Source: Candidatus Bathyarchaeum sp.
Lineage (GTDB): Archaea > Thermoproteota > Bathyarchaeia > Bathyarchaeales > Bathyarchaeaceae
Assembly (NCBI GenBank): GCA_026014495.1
Contig: JAOZIF010000128.1
Span: 1-12,605, forward strand
Direction of reading: 5' to 3'
DNA length: 12,605 bases
Made by a program: the position numbers and the translations under genes. The first letter of the stretch is position 1; each line of letters opens with the position of its first letter. Of the stretch, positions 1 to 6,536 are shown in pieces. Under the pieces are notes generated by a model. It had not been told where the DNA came from, made no database searches, and saw only the letters and a program-made list of their open reading frames with translations.

Positions 1-38
1 ACTCCAACATCCACGGGGATGTCTTCAAACATTGACAT
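1..38 (-). CDS. cdhC: Acetyl-CoA decarbonylase/synthase beta subunit (ACS), 5' fragment running off the window edge
   Basis: Hand translation of the minus strand from ATG at 38 gives MSMFEDIPVDVGV, resembling the archaeal CdhC N-terminus (MFEDIPVDVG...). AGGAGG Shine-Dalgarno at 55-50. Lies directly after cdhB, in the canonical cdhA-cdhB-cdhC order. Only 12 full codons are visible. Confidence 0.8.
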   Translation of the reverse strand, partial: MSMFEDIPVDVG

Positions 39-42
39 TTTT

Positions 43-588
43 TTAATTTCCTCCTAGCTTGTTTATTATTGTTTCAAAACTTTGATTCCATTCCTCAACC
101 TTGAGGTTTGGAAAAGACCAGCTAGCATGGGGGTTAAAGTACCGATCCAAGCTGATGGTCTTTAGATTTGTGGAAAAGTGTTTTAGTCCAGCCAAAATCA
201 CGAACTCCATGTAAAATGGAAGCCCCATGAACAGTGCCAGATCATATGGACCTTTTCCGTCTAAGCCATTCCATGTTGGGTCTTTGAGTCGGTTGCCAAT
301 ATCCATAGCATTCATCTGTATTGCGTCATTGAATCCCTGTTTCACAAATTCTTTTATTGTATGTGCTGTGGCGACAACTGGGATACCGCAGGCTTTGTTC
401 ATACGAATAGCATATTCGATCATTTTTCCGGTGTCTTTATCGGTTTTTGTGGATAAATATCCGACAACAATGATTGGGCGTTTTGCCCGTTTGATCATTG
501 CCGCGGCTATTTCAGGTTTCACTATAACGTTGGCCTTTGTAGGGCCTGCTATTTCGGCTGTTTGCCAAGATTCTGCTTTTGCGCTCAT
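43..588 (-). CDS. cdhB: CO dehydrogenase/acetyl-CoA synthase epsilon subunit
   Basis: About 180 aa with CdhB-like segments (AKRPIIVVG, IPVVATAH, W.GLDGKGPYDLALFMG, SLDRYFNPHASWSFPNL), directly downstream of cdhA. ATG at 588 preferred because GAGG lies 9 nt upstream. The ORF-track TTG at 597 overlaps the cdhA stop (TTGA) and is the alternative start. Confidence 0.93.
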   Translation of the reverse strand: MSAKAESWQTAEIAGPTKANVIVKPEIAAAMIKRAKRPIIVVGYLSTKTDKDTGKMIEYAIRMNKACGIPVVATAHTIKEFVKQGFNDAIQMNAMDIGNRLKDPTWNGLDGKGPYDLALFMGLPFYMEFVILAGLKHFSTNLKTISLDRYFNPHASWSFPNLKVEEWNQSFETIINKLGGN

Positions 589-593
589 TTTAT

Positions 594-2939
594 TCAACCT
601 CTCTTCCTAACCATTCTTTTTAGTAAAGTTGGATCTGGAATCTTTGTCTCTTCCCATCCTTTTTCTTCTAGGATTTTTTGGATTTCAGGTTTCATGGTGA
701 TGGGTATGTCCATCTTGTTTCGGATGAATAGGTGAATGTCTTCTGGCATTACTCCGTAGTAGCGTTTGTGCAGGTCAATGTAGTGGGTCAGTTTCATGCT
801 TCGTCCTTTGGTTGTGTCGTTAGGTCGGAAACAGAGTTTTGCCATCATTACAATGACTTCTTCTTTGGTTTCAGCAGTAGTGAACAAGTGTTCGGGTGTT
901 GGGCCAGTGTATACTTTGTCGCCTGTTCGGGCGTCATACACGTACCAATCTTCCTTCTTGTCTGCTCGCCCTAGCAGCATACGCCGGTATTTGGATCCAT
1001 GCGGACCGACCACAACTGGGACACCGAGCCTCCAGAAACCAGATGCGATTGATGCAGCTTTCTGGGACATTGCTCCCCAAGCCAGACCAACGGCTCCAAC
1101 TCGGTTGTGGATGTAGTCAGCAATTTCTTCATAGTTACCGCGTAGGTTTCGTTTTGCGAAGATGCTTGCGATTTTGATTGCAGCTCCGGCGATGTGTGGG
1201 TTAGATACACATGAACCAACGTTCAAGACGCCTCCAGCTTCAAATCCGCCAGGATATTTCTCATATAGAGTTTGTCCATTTTCATCTTTAACCATGGCTA
1301 CAGACATAGCTGCACATCCAGATAAGACAACGATGTATCTGCGTTTGGCAAATTCTTCAGTGATTTCGGCTATTGCTCCTTGACCTTCAGGATAGTTTGC
1401 ACATCCGACTATTGCGATCACTCCAGGAATTTCACCTAGAACTATAGGACCACCGACATTCCGGATTTCTATGTCTTGGATGGCACCACGTCCACTGCGC
1501 ATCAGATATTTTTCTTCCCACAGCTTTTGTTCTCCAGCTTTTGTCATGAAGCTGTGAAGTGGGAAGTCTTTTGGACATGCACTGTCACATCGGGCACAAC
1601 CAATACAATTGTCAAGAATTTCAGAGAACGGAGCTAAATCGCCTTCTGCAGCGGCTTTCATTGCCTCTGGAATCGGTTGGTTGTTTGGACATGCACGAAC
1701 ACATTCGTTGCATCCACTGCATGCTGCACCTGCGGCTTTTATTTCTTCAATATCAGGAATTATACTGAATTTGTTTCGTTTTGGTGCAACTTTCAAAACA
1801 GCTTCCACAGCAACTTCTCCAGCCTTGTCAGAGTCCAAAATAAGAACACCATGAACTTTGCCTTCAACCAAATCGTTGACAAGTTCATCTACTGAATCAT
1901 TAGTTCTGTTTTTTAGACCCAAACAGTTTTTGGGACTTGAAGCAATTACTGGTGTTTTGACTTTTTGTGCTTCTTCAAGCGTGTCTGCTCTGATACATTG
2001 TTCGTCGACCATAATCAGGTCGGCCATTCCACTTCTGATGTATTTTAGTTGCCAAGAAATTGGACCCACAACTTTGGCGGATGGTTCGTATCGTGTTAAG
2101 TCGTGAGCAGTACAACAAATTCCAGTAACTTCGACTTGCCCAAGCATTTTCTTTTTGGTCAGATAATCAATAATTCCAACACTTGATGGAACATTATGAC
2201 CGATTACCAATATTGTTGGTTTTTTAACGTCTGTTGCGCCGAAGCCTAACTCTACAAGTGGAGCTTCAGGGTCAGCTTTTGGAAAACCGTAAACAGAAAT
2301 TTGTGCTAGGTCTGCGATTTCCATTCCAACTTGGTCTGCCATTCCTGCGTGGAATGCTTTTGATTCGAAGTCTAGGTTGCTTCCTTCTTGTCCAGTGTGG
2401 CAAGCAGAAAGACAGTGTGTTACTTGTTCTTCTGCCCAGTCTAGAGCTTCTTCCATGTCTCGGAGTGTTTCAACTTTGATTCCACATACCAGACGGGTTA
2501 CTGGGGCTTCTACGTCTATGTTTAAGCCACCTTGGTCAAGTGGGAAATCTCCTCCGTGCTTTTCAATTAAGTGATGAACCAAGTGCCGGGCGTGTGCGGT
2601 GTGTGTTGCAGCACCGATACAACAAGCAAGGAGAACAATCCTTGATTGTTGAGCCGCCATGTTCAGTCCACAGGCCCCTCGTTTGTCTCCTGATAGGTCA
2701 CATTTTCCAAATGTACACAAACAGCAGACGTCACAGAAGGGCAGATAAAAGGGTTTGTAACGTCGCAGAAGTTCAAAGTCCCAATCTCTCAAATCAGTCA
2801 TTGATGGCATTGGAGTAGGTCCCATAGGTTCTTCCCATGTGTCATCAACAAGTTTGCCAATCGAGACTTGAAGATCCTTTACTACAGCAACGTCTGTTTT
2901 CAGTTCTTTTGCTTTAACAACTAAACCTTTCTTAGCCAA
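594..2939 (-). CDS. cdhA: CO dehydrogenase/acetyl-CoA synthase alpha subunit (Ni-CODH, archaeal CdhA with ferredoxin insert)
   Basis: 781 aa. CDVCCLCTFGKC and GACG/CCIG Fe-S motifs; C-cluster ligand motifs GHN, GICCT, DEQC, VGC, SGC and GSC; two ferredoxin motifs (CSGCNECVRAC, CIGCARCDSAC) typical of archaeal CdhA. TTG start with GAGGT upstream (2952-2948). Confidence 0.97.
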   Translation of the reverse strand: MAKKGLVVKAKELKTDVAVVKDLQVSIGKLVDDTWEEPMGPTPMPSMTDLRDWDFELLRRYKPFYLPFCDVCCLCTFGKCDLSGDKRGACGLNMAAQQSRIVLLACCIGAATHTAHARHLVHHLIEKHGGDFPLDQGGLNIDVEAPVTRLVCGIKVETLRDMEEALDWAEEQVTHCLSACHTGQEGSNLDFESKAFHAGMADQVGMEIADLAQISVYGFPKADPEAPLVELGFGATDVKKPTILVIGHNVPSSVGIIDYLTKKKMLGQVEVTGICCTAHDLTRYEPSAKVVGPISWQLKYIRSGMADLIMVDEQCIRADTLEEAQKVKTPVIASSPKNCLGLKNRTNDSVDELVNDLVEGKVHGVLILDSDKAGEVAVEAVLKVAPKRNKFSIIPDIEEIKAAGAACSGCNECVRACPNNQPIPEAMKAAAEGDLAPFSEILDNCIGCARCDSACPKDFPLHSFMTKAGEQKLWEEKYLMRSGRGAIQDIEIRNVGGPIVLGEIPGVIAIVGCANYPEGQGAIAEITEEFAKRRYIVVLSGCAAMSVAMVKDENGQTLYEKYPGGFEAGGVLNVGSCVSNPHIAGAAIKIASIFAKRNLRGNYEEIADYIHNRVGAVGLAWGAMSQKAASIASGFWRLGVPVVVGPHGSKYRRMLLGRADKKEDWYVYDARTGDKVYTGPTPEHLFTTAETKEEVIVMMAKLCFRPNDTTKGRSMKLTHYIDLHKRYYGVMPEDIHLFIRNKMDIPITMKPEIQKILEEKGWEETKIPDPTLLKRMVRKRG

Positions 2940-2987
2940 TTTAAGCTACCTCTAGTTTCAGTTTGAGATTACACACACAGTTTCCAG

Positions 2988-3002
2988 CTTATTTACCTTT
3001 CG
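2988..3002 (-). promoter_or_regulatory. Putative BRE/TATA promoter of the cdh operon
   Basis: Minus strand reads CGAAAG-GTAAATAAG, a BRE-like purine run followed by a TATA-like box. This predicts a start site near 2965, leaving a short leader containing the GAGGT SD. Confidence 0.5.
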
Positions 3003-3132
3003 AAAAGCTCTAAAAAAGGTGGTTTAAAGACAAAAAATAAAAGTTACACCGATAAACGCATCATTAATGTTTTTACAATAAATAAACAATAATGTTTGAA
3101 ACAGTTTAAAAAGTAAACAGTAATCCAGTGTC

Positions 3133-3152
3133 AAAAAAACGAAGAGAAAAAA
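3133..3152 (-). terminator. Oligo-T terminator after the ABC permease
   Basis: T6 (3152-3147) and T7 (3139-3133) tracts on the minus strand, 30-50 nt after the permease stop, matching archaeal intrinsic terminators. Confidence 0.5.
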
Positions 3153-3180
3153 GCCACAGAAGAAGAATATTAATCGACAC

Positions 3181-4806
3181 TCAATATTGAGTTGTAAGTT
3201 TTTGTAAACTGTTCAAAGTTGTCCGATAACATGCGTAACAGATCAGAATGCCTGCAACTGCTGAGGGAACAGGAGCTACAAGGATTGGAAAAGAGCCCAG
3301 TAGAGGGAATTCGTATAGAACCAGAGGAAGAACCGTGAGGCCCACACATCCAGCGATGATAAGCATTCCTAGCCATACGCCTTTTTGGTCAACAAAACGT
3401 GCCCTTGGAACTTCGGTGAAGTCTGGAAAGCGGCTGCCCACAGCTAAACCAACAAAAGCGCATTCGAAAAGCACAGCAAATAAGGTCACAGCTAGTGCGA
3501 TCAGAGTTTCCAATCGGGGCTGTACAAGTAGCTGCACTAAAAGGGTGACAACAATCATAGCACATGTTGAAGGAACTAAAGCGGTTGCTAGTTTTGATTT
3601 AATAACTTCTTTTTCTTTTAGTGGGATCATGCGTAGATTCAGGAAGGCGCTTCCTTCTTGACCAATAGAAGTTAAGGTTAGATAAAAAGCGAACATGAAT
3701 ATTCCTATTAAGGGTCCAGAAAATATTCCTAAGCGTTCTATTGTTGTTGCTGCTGTTGTCAAAGAGGATTGGACAGAAAAAAGGGAGATAACGCTTATAC
3801 CTAAGGGCACAGCAATCCAAACCATCATCTCTTTTCGTCTTGTTAGGCCACGAAAGTCTTTTTTTAGTATAGCAGCTTCAGCAGCACTAAATCCTAGGCC
3901 TCCAAGGAAACCTTGTTTAGGCGAATAGGGTTTTGAGGATGCAAGTTTGATGGCAAAGGGTGCGGGAACCCAGTATTTTTCTCTAAGTTTTACGCTTGTC
4001 CAAAGAATTAAAGCAGTAAATCCGATGCTGAGTAGTGCATAAAGTAGCACATGAATGGTTTCTGTGGATAGGTAGCTCATTAGGGTAAGAGATGGCCAAA
4101 GTATTGGCAAGAACCACGCTGATTCTACGCCGCCCATGAACTGCTCAAGTATAGAAAACAGAAAATTAACATTGGAGACGAGCATGAAAACAACAAACAT
4201 GAGTAGAAACACAATTAGTCTTACGGCTACGGCTGTTCTGCCGGTGCGTTTGTAGACTGTCGAAGATACACGGTTTGTTATTGCACGTATAATTTCCAGT
4301 ATGAACGCGCCTAAAAACAGACCTAAAGTGCTTATAATTAAACATAACAAGCCTACATCCAGCATGTTTGCAGCTAAAGATAATCCTAGGGTTGCGCCAA
4401 AGATTATTCCAAATAAGGGAGCCAAAAAGTAGAGCATAGAGAGCGCCGAGGCCAATACAAATTCGATTGCATGTATAGGGAGCCAATTGATTACGTCTGA
4501 TGACCCTACAGATGATGATTGACTGAACTCGAAGAGTAAACCGTACATTATTGCAGCCAAAGTCATCAGAGAGGGAAGAAAAATGGAAATCTGTACCATA
4601 AACATGCTTGCACCGACGTCTTCAAGAAAGACTCCAGCAAAATTGATTGCCAAAAATGCTGCAACAAGAAAACCAGCTAAACCCACAACAAGATTTACTT
4701 TTGGAGATTTACCTAATCCTGTAGGAACAGAGCCTTTCACTCTTTGTGCTCTCACTGAAGAGAGCGCCAAGATTTTAGCAAAATGCAATATGAGCTTAAA
4801 GTTCAA
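3181..4806 (-). CDS. ABC exporter permease (ABC-2/EcsB-like, roughly 12-14 TM segments)
   Basis: 541 aa, strongly hydrophobic, with many predicted TM helices in two halves. Starts (TTG) 11 nt after the ABC ATPase stop. Confidence 0.85.
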   Translation of the reverse strand: MNFKLILHFAKILALSSVRAQRVKGSVPTGLGKSPKVNLVVGLAGFLVAAFLAINFAGVFLEDVGASMFMVQISIFLPSLMTLAAIMYGLLFEFSQSSSVGSSDVINWLPIHAIEFVLASALSMLYFLAPLFGIIFGATLGLSLAANMLDVGLLCLIISTLGLFLGAFILEIIRAITNRVSSTVYKRTGRTAVAVRLIVFLLMFVVFMLVSNVNFLFSILEQFMGGVESAWFLPILWPSLTLMSYLSTETIHVLLYALLSIGFTALILWTSVKLREKYWVPAPFAIKLASSKPYSPKQGFLGGLGFSAAEAAILKKDFRGLTRRKEMMVWIAVPLGISVISLFSVQSSLTTAATTIERLGIFSGPLIGIFMFAFYLTLTSIGQEGSAFLNLRMIPLKEKEVIKSKLATALVPSTCAMIVVTLLVQLLVQPRLETLIALAVTLFAVLFECAFVGLAVGSRFPDFTEVPRARFVDQKGVWLGMLIIAGCVGLTVLPLVLYEFPLLGSFPILVAPVPSAVAGILICYACYRTTLNSLQKLTTQY

Positions 4807-4817
4807 TACGATTCAAC

Positions 4818-5600
4818 TCATTTTCCAAGGGCTTGAACAATGTCTTTAATGTCGCTTGAGCCAGTTAGCTTCAAAAATAGTTCTTCAAGTGTAGAGTCAG
4901 GCATCTTAGCTTCTTTACGTAGTTGTGATGGCGTGCCTTCGGCAAGTTTGCGTCCCTGATACAAAATTGCTACTTTGTCGCAGACTGCATCGGCGATTTC
5001 TAAAACGTGAGTGGATAGAATGGTTGTTATGCCTTCGTTTGCTAATTTGTGAATAAGGTCTTTTACGATTTTAGCAGACTTTGGGTCTAATCCACTTAAG
5101 GGTTCATCTAGAACTAACAGTTTAGGCTTGTGTAGCAGAGCAGCGATAATTGCTATTTTTTGTTGCATACCATGAGAGTAGCCGCTAATCATTTCGTTTT
5201 CGCGGTTTTCTAAATCAAAGGCGGCTAAGAATTCATTTATTCGCGTTTTTTTGGTTGATGCATCTAATCCATAAACGTCGGCTATAAAGTCTAGGTATTC
5301 AAGTCCAGTGAGAAAGTCGTATAGCCGTGGGCTTTCAGGAACGTACCCTACAATTTTTTTGACATCCCACGGATTGTTTGTGACGTTTATTCCGTAAATG
5401 TTTAGGTGTCCAGAGTCTGCTTTCAGTAAACCCATTATCATCTTCATTGTTGTTGATTTGCCTGAGCCGTTTGGACCCAAAAAACCAAAAACGGTTCCAG
5501 CATCAATCTGCAAGTCCAAATTTTTGACGGCGTGAACTGTTCCAAAGCTTTTGGAAACGTTGTTTATGCTTACTGCGAGTTTGCGGTGTTCTGCACTCAA
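4818..5600 (-). CDS. ABC transporter ATP-binding protein (ABC-2/EcsA-like exporter)
   Basis: Walker A GPNGSGKST, signature variant YSHGMQQK, Walker B LLVLDEP and H-loop LSTH. The TTG start overlaps the upstream stop (TTGA, 5600-5597). Confidence 0.95.
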   Translation of the reverse strand: MSAEHRKLAVSINNVSKSFGTVHAVKNLDLQIDAGTVFGFLGPNGSGKSTTMKMIMGLLKADSGHLNIYGINVTNNPWDVKKIVGYVPESPRLYDFLTGLEYLDFIADVYGLDASTKKTRINEFLAAFDLENRENEMISGYSHGMQQKIAIIAALLHKPKLLVLDEPLSGLDPKSAKIVKDLIHKLANEGITTILSTHVLEIADAVCDKVAILYQGRKLAEGTPSQLRKEAKMPDSTLEELFLKLTGSSDIKDIVQALGK

Positions 5601-5824
5601 ATTTTAACAGCCCCTGTAGCGTGTTTATCATTTTGGTCATAAATAAAGATGCTTTCAATACTTACTTTGAAGTAACGTGCAATTTTGAAAGCCAAATCCA
5701 ACGACGGATTGTATTTTCCTTTTTCCATCGCAATTACAGTTTGTCGGGTTACTCCAACTGCGTTTGCGAGGTCTTCTTGTGTTAGGTTATGCATAGCTCG
5801 ATACACTTTGATTTTAGTTTGCAC
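5597..5824 (-). CDS. XRE/Cro-CI (HTH_3) transcriptional regulator
   Basis: KIKVYRAMHNLTQEDLANAVGVTRQTVIAMEKGKYNPSLDLAFKIARYF is the classic short XRE pattern. GTG at 5824 preferred (GGAGGA SD 10 nt upstream, gives MQTKIKVYRA); ATG at 5842 is the alternative. Confidence 0.92.
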   Translation of the reverse strand: MQTKIKVYRAMHNLTQEDLANAVGVTRQTVIAMEKGKYNPSLDLAFKIARYFKVSIESIFIYDQNDKHATGAVKI

Positions 5825-5831
5825 GTAATTG

Positions 5832-6218
5832 TTATCCTCCATATTTTCGCCGGTAGTATACTCCAAAAAGCAGGTTTAACATAAGTAGACCACAAACAGA
5901 GTACATCAATGTGTAACCCATCGGCGAAAAGTCTGGGTAACCACCGTTACCGAGTGTTACAAGAACAACACCCATAAGAGCTGTCCCTACAAGAAACACT
6001 GCCAACGACGTGGCAGATGCTTTCTGGCTTATTAGTTGAGCCCGTTCGTCAACAAGAGTTCGTCGGTCTTTGCGGACTAGAACCCAAGTTAGAATTATTC
6101 CACCAACCATGAGGATTATAGGCAACACTGGGTCTCCAATAGTGATGAGACTAGGCATCAATGCACCCAAAAAGGCTGCAAGGGCAACTCTGCATATTGC
6201 AATTATTTTAGGATTCAT
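5832..6218 (-). CDS. DUF2178-like small membrane protein (about 4 TM)
   Basis: Hydrophobic protein with the VDERAQLISQKA motif between TM pairs, typical of DUF2178 proteins that accompany XRE regulators. ATG at 6218 has GGTG upstream; ORF-track start is 6239. Confidence 0.75.
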   Translation of the reverse strand: MNPKIIAICRVALAAFLGALMPSLITIGDPVLPIILMVGGIILTWVLVRKDRRTLVDERAQLISQKASATSLAVFLVGTALMGVVLVTLGNGGYPDFSPMGYTLMYSVCGLLMLNLLFGVYYRRKYGG

Positions 6219-6251
6219 CAACACACCAGATATTAACACAACACATTAAAT

Positions 6252-6288
6252 GTAATATAAACTTTACTTTTAGTAACGTTTAGATTAC
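6252..6288. promoter_or_regulatory. Tandem GTAA-N8-TTAC operators overlapping the promoter of the DUF2178-XRE-ABC operon
   Basis: Exact dyads GTAA-tataaact-TTAC (6252-6267) and GTAA-cgtttaga-TTAC (6273-6288), 21 bp apart. The minus-strand TATA box TTTATA (6261-6256) lies inside the first spacer. Confidence 0.75.
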
Positions 6289-6303
6289 ATTGGTCTTGTA
6301 ATA

Positions 6304-6318
6304 ACAAAGAATTTATAA
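6304..6318 (+). promoter_or_regulatory. BRE/TATA promoter of the radical SAM gene
   Basis: ACAAAGAA-TTTATAA, a clear BRE plus TATA box starting at 6312. Predicted start site about 6339-6342. Divergent from the DUF2178 promoter. Confidence 0.6.
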
Positions 6319-6536
6319 CCCGTCAGCGCTTTAACGCCATTAAATCGTTCACGGAGAGGGAGACCTTAACGAAGTATGACGAATACCATTGTCACAAGTG
6401 GGCTCTTCTGCTAAAAGAGAGAAAAAACAAGACAGATGCAACATCTGAAGCTGTAGCTGGTGGAGACTTTGAAACAGCAAAAAAGCTAGTTACCGAAGTT
6501 TTCCATGGTGCCTCTGGCAGTAAAGATGATGCGGGC

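Noticed and set aside
227-2818. Many plus-strand ORFs of 65-127 aa opposite cdhA/cdhB, plus 971-1219 on the minus strand
   Set aside because: They lie within or opposite well-supported cdh genes and have no recognisable motifs. Shadow ORFs.
2971-2979. ACACACACA dinucleotide run near the predicted cdh start site as a phase-variation tract
   Set aside because: Only 4.5 units, too short for efficient slippage.
3170-4849. Alternative-frame and antisense ORFs over the permease (3170-3376, 3248-3661, 3599-3820, 3695-3928, 4166-4486, 4583-4849)
   Set aside because: Fully or almost fully overlap the permease, with no motifs or translation signals.
6376-6414. 12-codon ORF MTNTIVTSGLFC in the +1 frame upstream of ATG 6537, and the A6 run at 6422-6427, as a possible uORF or frameshift entry
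   Set aside because: The small ORF stops before the A-run, so no simple frameshift joins it to the main frame. The main frame is already open and protein-like across this stretch.
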